64,000 nucleotides of DNA from Octopus sinensis (lineage: Eukaryota). This document shows, in pieces, positions 36,982-50,388 of the stretch. Numbering within the stretch: position 1 is the first letter of the stretch; each line of letters opens with the position of its first letter. The position numbers were made by a program, and so were the translations under genes. The notes under the pieces are model-generated. The model was not told where the DNA came from. It searched no databases and worked only from the letters and a program-made list of their open reading frames with translations. The stretch spans positions 59,086,001 through 59,150,000 of the forward strand of contig NC_043003.1 in the NCBI RefSeq assembly GCF_006345805.1, given 5' to 3'.

Positions 36982-39732
36982 ATGTATATATGTATGCTTC
37001 TATGAGCGTGTTTGTGTTTGTATGTGTTTACGTGTAAGTGTGTAAATGTGATACTCCGTTCGAGGCTCGCCTGAAGATATTAGCCGCTGGCAAGGCTGGT
37101 GCGTATTACAGTATCGCTCTTACTACAAACTTGCTCTATTTTCCTTGCAAACGGAGCCCACATGAATGAATAAGGCAAGTGTGAGCATGAACAAACATAA
37201 GTGAAGCTGACCCAGGCAGCCGCCGGCTCTCGGTACTCAGAGAATCGCTTCATACCACGATTAGGTCATATCTCTATTGAGAACGTCTAAACATATATTC
37301 TTGTATTTTTTGTTTATTCTAACAACGAAAAGAAGAATGATCACAACAATGAAAGTGAGTCAAGAAAAAAGGAAGAAAGAAAAAGGAAAAAGGAGAATGG
37401 AAGAGAGAGAAGAACGAAGTACGTACACAGTATTTATCTGTGTGGGAGTGTATGAGTATATGCGACAGAGAGAGAGAGCGAGCGAGCGAGCGAGAGAGAG
37501 GGAGAGAAAGAGAGAGGGAGAGAAAGAGAGAGAGAGTAAAGCAGATTGTGAAATAAAGAAAAGGAGAAAAGAAAACAAGAAAGTAACTAATTGATACAAT
37601 CTGCTACAAGAGTGTTGAAATATAATATAACTGAATTGAGCTTTATGGATGTGTTGACAGAACAAAAATTTCATCTTCAGCCGCAATAAATAAACGAATA
37701 AATAAATAAAAGAATAAAAAGAATAAAAAGTAAAAAAAAAAAGTCGTAGTAAAATAAATACCTTCTTAGTAAATTTTTCTTTTTAACAATTTTTTGTTTT
37801 GTTAAAATTGTGACTACATATGTCTGTCTCATCATGTGTTTATACTCGACTGTACATTTTGTTTACATGTATTAAATATTTATATATATTTTGACCAATC
37901 ACTTATGATGCAATACATCGTAAAAATAAAAATGCATCCCAAATATTTTCTTTTACTCTTGCCATGAGATAATGAGGTTTATATCCCATTTTAATGTTTT
38001 TTTTCTGTCCTTTATCTATTGCCACAAACCATTACATTTACATTTTTATTTTGTATCAAAATATTCATTAGTTGCCCCCTTCAGATGAAGTCACGGTGCA
38101 TAAAAGTACCAACTGTATCTCTATATCTCTATAGTATTCGCAAAAGTTAATCACTAGACCATTTTTTTCCCCGGTGTCATCTAGCCAACAGCAAACTGTT
38201 AATCAACAACAAATACTTTGCAATTTTATTTTACAATTATTTCTGTTTATTGTTTGTTTCAAGTATGTTTATGCCTTAATGAAGAGAAATTTGTTCCACA
38301 TTCATTTCTCAAGTTAGTTGATATGATCATGTTAGAAAACTTAGCTTTACACCAGATGGAAAGTTTAGTTCTTTCCGGCATTTTTAAAAACTGATTCAAA
38401 TATTATTCGTTAATGATTCGATTCAGCAAGTTTATAAACGAACTGTAGCTTTAGGTAAATGAACAGAATGATCGAAGGTAACATTCATAAGATATTTTAT
38501 ATTTTTTAAAGTCTAATTACCAAGAGTCGTAGCTGCTGAAACGTTTATCGTGAGAACTTGCAAACTGTAGGTTTGACAGTTCGTATTATGCTCCCTGCAT
38601 TAAATGTTAAGTTCAAACTTGAGTATTTTGTTTTTAACGCTCATGACTTGAGAGAAATTACTCACTATTTTCCAAGGTAAATCAGCGCACAATCTCAATA
38701 CGAATTTTTTTTCATCAATACTTCGGCAAACATTTTGATGTCTGTACTTCACTGATGAGGTAACAAATAACTCCAAAAACATGTGTGGCGATATATCTTA
38801 TGCTTGAGATATATTTTAAATAACATTAGTCATTGTGCAATATTCTGTTCAAATTCAGCTATTTTCAGTGATGCATACTATCTAGGTGCTCCTTCGCGTG
38901 TGGGTTTATGATAATTTACTCAACCACAGACGTATTCTGGACAAGTCGTTACGCGTTCACAGCGGCGGTTCACATATTTTCAGCTTGGATTTTTCATATC
39001 AAAACATCTTTTGTTTTACTGTTCGTTAGTTCGTAATTACCATTGCAATCGTCTTAGTATCCGTCAATATTATTTAGTTGACGAGGCAAATTGGAGTTTG
39101 ACAGAATAGATTAGAAAGTACCATATAATCTTTCCGTACTTACCAAAGTTTTCTCGCTTTTTTCTTTTTCTTGTAACTATGGAATCTTTAATATTTGTAT
39201 TCAATTATAAAACTTTCAATATATATCTTTAGCTATTTCGATTTATTTGGATTTCCTCAATACGAGTCAGTTCAGGTTTTATTAACCATTCCGTATTACG
39301 GTTTATGAAAACAGGGTGGGGAAAGAGGTGGAGAGGAGAAAGATGAGAGGGAAATATTTTATTTTAAAATACTAAAACGTAAGAAAGATAAATGAAAGCA
39401 TTCCATTAGGAATTATTTTGTCAGTTTGTAAGTTATGTAGAAGTATTTATATATATATAATATATTAATAAATAAAACATATGCATATATATATACATAT
39501 ATGTACGTACCTACATCTATATGTATATATACACGCATATATGAGTACAGGACACCAAAAAAAAAAACGTCGAACACAACGAGAAACGAAAACATAGACA
39601 CAAACCCAAGGAACTGGACATTTTAGAGTACAGGACAATTAACACAATATATATATACATAAATGTAGAACGTTGGAAGGAGTGCTCAACACCGCATTGG
39701 GGGATAAAAAATAAAGAATATATATATATATA

Positions 39733-39939
39733 CAGGGTGGCCCAAAAGTAGGTTTACAGTTATCGTGTAGGCACTTTAAATTTCTTTTAAAACATTTCAT
39801 TACATTTAAATTTCTAACTTGCAATTAAATAAATTAGCATAGAATAATGGTTTCATTTTTTTATAATTAAGGTCTAAACTGTTAATATATGAATGCGAAA
39901 GAGATAGTTGAATAACTGTAAACCTACTTTTGAGCCACC

Positions 39940-39942
<3 letters not shown>
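39733..39942. mobile_element. Tc1/mariner MITE, 210 bp
   Basis: 31-bp TIRs cagggtggcccaaaagtaggtttacagttat / ataactgtaaacctacttttgagccaccctg with one mismatch, TA flanks. Confidence 0.9.
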
Positions 39943-39982
<40 letters not shown>

Positions 39983-39989
39983 CAGAGCG

Positions 39990-40041
<52 letters not shown>

Positions 40042-40122
40042 GAAATAATAAATAAAGTTGGAAAAGGCACAAAAGTATGTTTTAGAAAATGTTTAATATT
40101 TTTGTTACAGTGAATGATTTAA

Positions 40123-40161
40123 AATATATCCGGTTTCGATGTGTCCATCTTATCAAATATT
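40123..40161 (-). ncRNA. Hammerhead-like motif, U3:A8 variant, left arm
   Basis: Minus strand AATAT-TTGATAA-GATG(GACA)CATC-GAAA-CCGG-AT-ATATT. Stems I and II are intact, but the U of the NUH triplet reads A. Confidence 0.5.
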
Positions 40162-40378
40162 AAAAATAATGTTTTAGGAAATCAAAGAGAAAAAAAAATT
40201 GGAGGTTAACACTTTGTACACATGTTTTAGTACATATGGAAATTTTACCCCGAACCTACATGGACAAAACATATATAAGAAGTGACTCCATAGTAAAATT
40301 TCACTATGAACAGAAACATGGGTACAAACTGTTAACCCTCAATTTTTTTTCAGCTTGACTTCGAATAAAATTCTTTTT

Positions 40379-40417
40379 AATATTTGATAAGATAGATACA
40401 TCGAAACCGATTATATT
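40379..40417 (+). ncRNA. Hammerhead-like motif, U3:A8 variant, right arm
   Basis: AATAT-TTGATAA-GAT(AGATAC)ATC-GAAA-CCGA-TT-ATATT. Stem I 5 bp, stem II 3 bp, triplet AUU, mismatch in stem III. Confidence 0.5.
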
Positions 40418-40542
40418 CTAAATCACTCACTGTAACAAAAATATTCAACATTCTGTTACATATACTTCTGTACCTTTTCCATCTTTACTTAATTTTAAAC
40501 CGTAATTTTTGATTTGTATTGACTCTTAACAGTTTTTTCAAC

Positions 40543-40603
<61 letters not shown>

Positions 40604-40610
40604 AGATATA

Positions 40611-40859
40611 CAGTAATCCCTCGCCATATCGCGGTTTATTATCTCAGCTTACGTCGATTCCTCCATAGTGTTGTTTTGCATTTATAATGAAATACACATA
40701 AATTATTTAGTTAAAATAAATATATACAATTATTATAGTTAAGCACTACAAATTATAAAAATAATAAAAAACAATATAAAGTACAATACTGTTTCTACTT
40801 CGCGTATTTTCACCTACCGCGTTTTTGGGAGCATAACACCCGCAACAGTCGGGGTATTA

Positions 40860-40862
<3 letters not shown>
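40611..40862. mobile_element. pogo/Tigger-type MITE
   Basis: TA|cagtaatccctcg ... cggggtattactg|TA inside (TA)n. Confidence 0.75.
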
Positions 40863-40911
<49 letters not shown>

Positions 40912-41124
40912 GAGGCAGAACCTCCATAAAGTAATTCAATTAATAATGAAAGATATTACCTATAATAAAATATAAATTTAAATATATTATTAATATTGTA
41001 CTAAAAATTTCTATACTAAATAATACACATTAAAAAAATACACATTAAAACGACGACGTGCGTTTCGTGACGATGTTTCAAAACGACAAAATCAAAATCA
41101 ATAATCTCAAAAATTAATATATAT

Positions 41125-41295
41125 ATACGATGGGCTTCTTTCAGTTTCCATCTACCAAATCCACTCACAAGGCTTTGGTCGGCCCGAGGATATAGTAGAA
41201 GACACTTGCTCAAGGTGCCATGCAGTGAGACTGAACCCGTGGTTCCTAAGTGGTTCGTAAGCAAGCTACTTACCACACAGCTACTCCTGCGCCTA
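41125..41295 (-). mobile_element. SINE group A head
   Basis: Reverse complement of the group A 5' half. Confidence 0.85.
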
Positions 41296-41502
41296 TGAAA
41301 TAAATTTCAGTTTGATAGCATAGACTAACGCATACCTTAAATTCGATATGCAGACATTTGTTTTAACTGATTTTAAAGAATATATTAAATATTATAGACA
41401 CAGAAAATATATAATATTTGAGAAGTTCGCTTTGCAAACACGAGGTCTTACTTTCGAATCAACTGCATGAAACCATGGGCAATTTACTAGTTTCCCTTAT
41501 AC

Positions 41503-41874
41503 TTCTCTACTCTAGGCACAAGGCCCGAAATTTTTTTGGGAAGGGGTGAAGTCGATTAGATCGACCCCAGTACGCAACTGGTACTTATTTAATCGACCCC
41601 GAAAGGATGAAAGGCAAAGTCGATCTCGGCGGAATTTGAACTCAGAACGTAGCGACAGACGAAATACCTATTCCTTTACTACCCACAAGGGGCTAAACAC
41701 AGAGGGGACGAACAAGGACAGACAAAAGGATAAAGTCGATTATATCGACCTCAGTGCGCAACTGGTACTTATTTAATCGACCCCGAGAGGATGAAAGGCA
41801 AAGTCAACCTCGGCAGAATTTGAACTCAGAACGTAGCGGCAAACGAAGTACTGCTTAGTACTGCTCACCGCCTT
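41503..41874 (-). mobile_element. SINE group B, two-unit, nested in a group A remnant
   Basis: Two central units. Degenerate 16-bp TSD ctagtttcccttatac (41487-41502) / ctagtctcatttatac (41875-41890). Confidence 0.8.
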
Positions 41875-44046
41875 CTAGTCTCATTTATACACTGTAACTG
41901 AATTTGAGTAAGCGGAAACTGTATGGAAGCCCGTTAATTTGTTTAAAAATGGAAACTGCACGGAGGTTCGATTGAAACTCTAATTCGAATCTATTCAGTG
42001 AAACAGCGGTAAATATGTAATCATTCAAACACCATAATAATGTTTTGCGCTATTTAGTCACTGATGCTTACGTTCTAATTTCAAATCTCGCCATGGCCGA
42101 TGTTTCCTTTCGTAGATTTGGGAAGGTCAATAAAACAGGTATTAATCAATTAATTCATTCTGTTTGAGTTGGCTGCTTGGGTTCCATGAGGGAATAATGG
42201 CTGCAGGTGCTATATTCATAAGATTGTGTAATATAATTGTCCATTGGCATTAAGCTGTAGCAAAATATGAAGCTACTGACATCAATTTAAGTTGATGAAT
42301 TTCATAAAATTGATTTTTAAATTTTGTTCAAAGCTACACATTTTTAGAAAAAAATTATAATAAATTGAATCGATCAGGGTACAACTTCTACTTATTTTAT
42401 CGAATCTGCTCGGATGTGAACATATATCATAGGAAACGTAACTAATCCCCACAAGATATTTAATCTAGTACTGTACAATTTCTGCTAATTCATTGCTTTG
42501 TAACAATTTGAAGATATCATAAACGGATATAGAAATAATATTTAAATAGATATTAATTTTTTTTTTCTATCTGATTACAGTGTTTATACGAAGATAGTAA
42601 GTTATATTCTTGACGTTTTCCCCTTCAGCAATTGTCTCAGTGTCGCAGAAGGTAACTTAGGCCTTTATGAGAGGAGAAAACTTTTCCAAATACAATATGA
42701 ATCAATGATAAAGACTCATCATATTTTGAAGGAAGAGTTAACTTTTATTTACAGAAGCTCCTAATGTGTACATTCACTAAAAATTCCCTTGCAGTCACTA
42801 ACAAGTTTGTGAGTTATCATCGTGGAAACTTAGTAGAAAATATTGGGTATTAGTGTGTTTTCATTGTTGCTAGACAGACAACTAACGCTACTCGATCTTA
42901 ATTTCACTCTTTCTAGTTTCCAGCAATATTGTAAGATAAGTTAATTTCAATACTCAGGTAATCCTATTAACATTCTTTAGATAATAGACTGCCTTGGAAA
43001 TAAAATTACAATGAAATCTTGTGGTTCTTATAGATTTTAATGAGGTGTAGAACAGGTCAAGTTGGTACAGAGTAACACTACGGAAGTGGTCACTAGATCT
43101 TTCATAGCTTCTGGCCAATTGTGTTTCAATAAATAGAAATACTACAAGTCTATGATTTGGAAATTTAGTAGTTTCACTAATAAATGCAATGCTTCGTAAT
43201 GACTCTTGTGCAAATTACTTTCTCAGCGTAAGTTAACAAGTTTGAAGTAGTAGATGGCAAGCTTTAGCTTTAACATTGAAGTAGTAATACATCATTTCGT
43301 ATAACTCTTGTTTCAAATCCCAATTAGATTGGCAAATCACTGACGGAAGAAAATCGTATACAATCACTGTAAATGGTTTAAAATGGCTAAGTCGTATATA
43401 TGTAGCTAACACAATCTTCTCTTTAATATCGTGAACTTGAACAGAATGAATAAGCTTAAGAAAACGAAGGTAAATTTGAAGTAATAATAATTCTTTATGA
43501 AGAATTAAACAATGATGAGTAGTATAAAGAACCCTCTATGCAATGTTTTCAAACTCATCAAGCAATGTCTTTCTCTTCAAATGCTTTCGCTTCTCACATC
43601 AACACAACGTATTAAATGTGGCTGCGCTTCCATAGGAACCGCTGTTCACTTATGTTTTCTGCCTGAGATGCTAATTTCCTTTTATTAGCTGAATGCTGGT
43701 CGATTAGCCTCCACAAATCTACTTAGAAGATTTCTTTAATAAATACCTCATGAGATTTGCGAACATTATAACAAAGTTAGTTGTTTCGCGAAAAGAAAAT
43801 TCGAAAAATACGTAATTCATGACGACTGAATGTGTGTGTATCTCTGTATGTCATTCAGCAAATGTATACGTTTGTGCATGATTGTGTGAGATGGAAGAAA
43901 TATGAGTGAGAAAGATGGGAAAGAAGAAGCATTTGCTTGAGGTAAACAACAGCACCAACCTTAACCTGAGTGCTGCTAGAAGTGATAAAATGGAAAACAG
44001 GGCAAAAACTATAAAAGATATGTGTATATGTAAGTATGTATGTATG

Positions 44047-44121
<75 letters not shown>

Positions 44122-45268
44122 TATAATATATGTATATATATATGTATATATATGTGTATATATATATATATGTGTGTGCATATATATACACATACACACA
44201 CGCACATATATATCTATGTATGTATCTCTCTCTCTCTATATATATATACGCACACACGCGCACATACGTACATATATAGATACTATCTATATACATGTAT
44301 GTATATGCGTATATTATATACGTACGAATGCATATACATACATACAAATATCCATAGATACATACACATGTGCGTTTGTATAAGTGTATAAAATACATAA
44401 AATTTATAATGATTGGAAAGAAAGGTTGCAAGTTGTGATTCTGATATAGATAAATGAAACAGAATAAAGTAACAGTTAAGTTATTAGCGTCGGATGATTG
44501 GTTGTTATTATTTGGTGGATTTTGAGGGAACGGGTGTTAAAAATGTGACAGATGTGTAGATAGATGAGTGTCAAAACAATTGAAGAAGAAAAAAAGGAAA
44601 AAATAGCAAAAGGAAAACAGATCAACATCAACAAAGAAAACAACACCAAAACAACTAGACAGTAAACAGTGCATGAGGGTTAAAGAGAAAGATATTATGA
44701 GAAAGAACAGTGATAGTGAGGGAGACATTACAGTATGTGGGAAGCCTGTAATCCATAAGATCCGGTGAAAGTGATAGCCAGCGAAAAGGAAGTGGAAAGT
44801 GTATAGAGAACATTGAACCAATCTAGCAGTTTACGTGGGAGCTCAGGGCGAACACACCAATGCCCTAGGCTGTTGTTAGCAGGCAATTGCCTTTAAGCGT
44901 CTCCATATAGACACTTGTTATTGTATAATGCTTTCTATATTTTTTTACACTTTCCGTTTGTTATTTATTCGAATGAAGGATTTGTTGGGCACTGTCTCGG
45001 ATCATTGTAGCGTTCATCGTATTTAGAAATGGGGAGTACTGTAATAATGCTTCCATCGTTTCATTCAAGGTTGTTTCAGAATGTCGTGATCACAAAAGAA
45101 ATCGTTACAAAACTTTTGAAAACCTATATAAATATCTTGCGGCGTTTTTCATCATGGTTACCACATGGCCATTTCACAGACCTTTCTCTTGTTGGAAACG
45201 ATCTCCCAGGATATCAATTAAAATTTGATTTGATAGGGGCAAAGATAACCTTTTCAATTACACTTGTC

Positions 45269-45330
<62 letters not shown>

Positions 45331-45398
45331 CTCTCACTCTCTCATCCCTTTCACTCTTCCTTATTCGCAGCCTTTTTGCTTCTCACTCAGTCTAGCAT

Positions 45399-45457
<59 letters not shown>

Positions 45458-46156
45458 ATATATATATATACATGTATACACACACACATATATATTTACA
45501 CATACATATATGCATGTGTGTGTGTGTGTGTGTATATATGTCTGTCTATAAATACCCAAGTTCATTTCAATTTCTCCAAACCCTATCTTGTTTTTTCTAA
45601 TTTTCATTCAGTTTTCTTGTCTCAAGAAGCATCAGTTTTGTGAGGAAACACGCGTGTGTGTGTGTGTGAATTACATTTGTATATATATATATATGTATAC
45701 ATATATGCTAAGATAAAGGAGTGCCAGCGCCGTTTCTACTTGGAATATCTACTTAGAATTACATCGTGGATTGTAATTGTGAAGCTGCAAAGTAATTTGG
45801 TTGAAAATATGTCAGACATATTGTAAATTTCTGCTTGCTGTTTTCATTAATGAAAAACTATCAATCAACGAAAACTATTGCAACAAAACATCTCTCATAA
45901 TCCATACATATACGCTTGGTTGATATTTGAACAATAATTTGAAAATTGAAGTAAATAAAATTAAAATGATTGACAATAGTTGTTTTGACGTAAAACAACT
46001 TATTTTGTGTTTAACATTTTTTCTCTTTATTTAAAAATATTTTTCAGTTTCAATCCCGCGGTACGGCACCTTTGGCAAATGTTTTCTACTATAGCACCGG
46101 CCGACCAATAACTTGGGAATGAATTTGGTAGACGGGAACTGTGTGAAAGCCCATCG

Positions 46157-46228
<72 letters not shown>

Positions 46229-46739
46229 GCTCTTCTATTCTATCATTGGCAGTGTGGTCCCAAATAGCCCGTTTCCTGACACAAGGAGGTCCCTGACTGT
46301 AGGCGGAATTTAAACTTTGAACTTAGAGAGCCGGAGCCGGAATAGATTCTGCAGTGTTTCCCACTCCCCCGATGTGGTATCAATTCCTACAAATCCACCG
46401 TTCTTTATTAGTTATTAACTTTTCCAACTAATCTCTTGTGTAACGCTGAAATGTTTAATTCATTTCAAAATCGCAAATGGTACACTGATATCTTTAAAAA
46501 GGGACCAAATCATTACCGTAAATCGCATTACACTATGACTGAAAAATAAAGACAAATGATAAGGCAGGAACGCATTTGATCAGATCTACACTGGGGCTTG
46601 CCAACTACAGCAATAACAAAAACAGCAGTGCAGTTGCAACAACACAAAAACACCCACAAATATATGCGCATATGAATCGCCGTAAACACCTTTTTATTTA
46701 ACATTATACACATTATTATCATTATAAACATTATTAATT

Positions 46740-46945
46740 TTAAATTTTGGCACAAGGCCAGCAATTTGGAGGAAACGATAAGCCGTTTACATCGACTCCA
46801 GTGCTCATCTGATGCTTATTTTATCGACCACAAAGGGAAGAAAGCAAAATCGACACCGACGGCATTTGAACTCAGAACGTAAAGTCAGAAAAAATTCCGC
46901 CATCTTGTCTGGTGCGGTAACGATTCCGCCAGTGCATTGCCTTCG
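46740..46945 (-). mobile_element. SINE group B, degenerate
   Basis: ggcacaaggccagcaattt...atttgaactcagaacgtaa...gtaacgattccgccag. Confidence 0.7.
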
Positions 46946-48988
46946 TCATAAACTTTATTGGTATCTTATTCTCATCGTACTCATTATCATCACAAACAAT
47001 ATCACTATCTTTATCTTCATTACACTCATCAGCAGCATTAGTATCATTGATATGAATAAACTGTTAAAATTCCCATAATGAAACACATACAAAACTCCCC
47101 AAAGGTACTTCAACTTGAAGGTGTGACCGTACAAATCAGTAAATGTGGATAATTGGTTCGAGAATTTTACTGTTCCAATCAAACTGCAAGGAACTCATAC
47201 GAACTTACGAAATAGAAACTGAATGAAATACACACAGCTTTAATACTCTCGTTTTTTAGAACAACGTTATACACACACACAAGCACACACACACACACAC
47301 AGCTAACCCTGACAGTTTTCCATATATGTTCCTCCTGAGGCTGTTGTAGATATTTGACTAAAGTTTATTTCTTGACCACACAGCCATGCCTACATTCGAA
47401 ATTACTACAAAAACTACTACTGTTACTACTACTACTACTACTACTACTACTATTGCTGCTTGCTGCTACTTTTGATGAGATATTTTTTGCATTTTAGTTA
47501 TTTTGCCTGGCGAATTGAATTCAAATCTTGTAATGGTCAGCTTTGAATTTCACCCATATACGGTCGATAAATAAATTAAATTAGCAGTCACGAATTGAGA
47601 TCAATGTAATCGAGTATACGCCTCTCCAAAACTTAAAACCCTATGTCCATGGTAGAAATAACAATAATTATTATTTTTACTGTCGCTTCTCTGAAGCAGT
47701 TCTTACTGCTGTTCCGTACGTCTTAGCCTTAGTTCTTATCAACCTATAGGTTTTTGCTGTTAGAATATAAAAAAAAAAAACATTGCAAATAAGAAGTATC
47801 AGAAGTCTTAGAGAATATTTTCGAAAATGTTTCTAGAGCCCTAAGATCTATTAGACTGTTTATCAGGTTTTCAGATAACCGACATCCCAACATTCCCCCT
47901 GACGGGGCACGGATTCGTGGCAGGTTTCAGCAATTGTGAGGGTACAAGTTGATTATATTGACTGTAGTATTTTACCGGTACTTTATTTTATCTTCACGAA
48001 TCAAAAATTTATGCTATGATTTGCTGTAAAAATCAACGAATATTTTTGCATAAATTTATTATAATCAAAAAGGTGAAAAGGAGAAGGAATCGAATGCTGA
48101 ATTCTGGAAATAATGCACATAATACTTTGGAACTCAGAAGAAAAAAAATAAAAAACGTCTTTAAGTAAATTCTATAGTATAGAGATAACAGAAAAAACTA
48201 ACGGTTTGTCTGCAAAGATGATTTCTATGAAAGTCATAAATAATTTACAGATGATTGTACGATAGCAACACGCTAAACGTTTGAAAATATAATAGATATT
48301 CGCACAAAAGCTTACTGGAATTTTACCTTTGTGTTCATGGCACCAAGATAAAGATTGAATTAATGTGTGGTAGGAAGTGAAAAATATTTGAAAACGTAAC
48401 AAAATTAAAACATATAATAACTCACACATACACAAACACAAGACAATACACAAAACATTTAGATAGTATTATATTAATAATAGAAATAATATATTAGATG
48501 AAAGGGAATAGCTGAGAAGTGTTCAAAAATAGCAATAAAATGGTTATGTTCAATTTAACGAGGCTTGTATGGAGTAGATATTATCCAAGCTATTTTGAAT
48601 CAATAAAAGTCTTACACTACTTCTTTACATTGATTAGTCACAAGCAATTTATACATAAGAGGTAGATAGTAAAAAAGGATTGCGGCGTTTGTTTTTTCTT
48701 CGAAAGTGATGATGTATTATAAATGTTCGGTTCATGTGGTACTGTATGTAAAATAAACCAGGCAGCATAGCATCTCTAGTGCTGGCGGTCTTTTGGTTTC
48801 CTGTTAAACGGTACAATGATTTTGTATATCACCTGAGAATGCGCTTCATTGAATTTATTTCAGACGTCTACTGTATTCCGGGTTATTCTTCTCAGAAATA
48901 ACCGAATTGTCATCTTGGTTCATAACAAAATGCCACCAGCTCAGAAAGCATCAGCATTTTTGCACTGCTGCTGTTGTTTAGTGTAAAT

Positions 48989-49174
48989 TAGTGCTCTGCA
49001 ACCGGTGTGCCGCAGCATATTGGTGTGCCACGAGACGATGCTAGATGTGCCGCAGTGTAACCAGAATATAAATTTTTTCCCTATACTTTTAGTTATATTT
49101 TTAGTTCAGGTGTGCCGCCGAATTTTGAAAAGAATATATGTGTGCCGCAAGTAAAAAAAGGTTGCGGGGCACTG
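48989..49174. mobile_element. hAT-type MITE
   Basis: Ends tagtgctctgcaacc / ggttgcggggcactg, 8-bp flanks gtgtaaat / gtgtagtc, about five internal tgtgcc(g/a)c motifs. Confidence 0.7.
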
Positions 49175-49302
49175 GTGTAGTCTACCCACCAGGCACAATC
49201 GAACAAATCTATGATCAAAAGTATTTGAGGTGTAATGTATCTAAATGTCTTTTGTTCTTTTTAAAGCAGTATTGAGTGATATACTCTCTCTCTCTCTCTC
49301 TC

Positions 49303-49716
49303 TCTTTTACTCTTTTACTCGTTTCAGTCATTTGACTATGGTCATGCTGGAGCACCGCCTTTAGTCGAGCAAATCGACCCCATGACTTATTCTTTGTAAG
49401 CCTAGTTCTTATTCTATCTGTCTCTTTTGCCTAGCCGCTAAGTTACGGGGATGTAAACACACCAGCATCGGTTGTCAAGCGATGTTGGGGGGACAAACAC
49501 AGATACACAAACATATATATACACACACACATACATATATATACATATATACGACGGGCTTCTTTCAGTTTCCGTCTACCAAATCCACTCACAAGGCTTT
49601 GGTCGACCTGAGGCTATAGTAGAAAACACTTGCCCAATGTGCCACGCTGTGGGACTGAACCCGGAACCATGTGGTTGGTAAGCAAGCTACTTACCACACA
49701 GCCACTCCTACGCCTA
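49303..49716 (-). mobile_element. SINE group A, full length
   Basis: Collinear reverse complement of 61389-61832. Confidence 0.9.
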
Positions 49717-50005
49717 TGAGTAAGATTTGATTGGCATTTCTAACTGGTTGAATGAATTTCTCGCCAGTGTGTCATTAATGTAGCTGAAGTAAAAGGAAAA
49801 TATTGAAATAAGTTTTCAGGTTCTTTTTAAAAATTGCTTTTATTTATAAACATTAAATAAGGCATTTTATGAACACAAATCTAAAACAAAATGTTTAAAG
49901 AACTGCTCACCGGAATTGGAACGACGTATCTGCAGAAAACCGGACAAACTGTTGTAGCCACTGCGCCAAAATGATGAAGTACACTTACTGCTACTTAAAT
50001 TGTTT

Positions 50006-50150
50006 CTGGCACTCCGTCGGTTGCGACGACAAGGATTCCAGTTGATCCGATCAACCGAACAACCTGCTCGTGAAATTAACGTGCATGTGGCTGAGCACTC
50101 CGCAGAAACACGTGCCCTTAACGTAGTTCTCAGGGGTATTCAGCGTGACA
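50006..50150 (-). mobile_element. SINE group C tail Y fragment, followed by a group B fragment to ~50300
   Basis: Matches 25150-25285. Confidence 0.75.
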
Positions 50151-50304
50151 TAAGACCAGCAATTTCCGGGGAAGAATAAGTCGACTTTGCCTTTCATCCT
50201 TTCGGGGTCGACGAAATAAGTACGATTTGAACACTGGAATCAATGTTATCTGACCTCCTACCCTAAAATTTCAGGTTTCTTGCCTACAACAGAAAGGGTT
50301 GGTA

Positions 50305-50372
<68 letters not shown>

Positions 50373-50388
50373 GTTGTTGTTGTTGTTG

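Larger units (their letters stand above)
40039..40542. mobile_element. Foldback element with ~210-bp imperfect inverted arms, each with a hammerhead-like motif
   Basis: Arms 40039-40248 and 40293-40500 around a 44-bp spacer. Outer ends gttgaaa / tttcaac. Flanked by (GA)n and (TA)n. Confidence 0.8.

Noticed and set aside
38745-38792. CTGATGAGG...CCAAAAAC motif
   Set aside because: No GAAA core and no convincing stems I or II.
43915-44030. Short frame [35 protein letters not shown]
   Set aside because: It runs into a microsatellite and has no recognisable homology or splice support.
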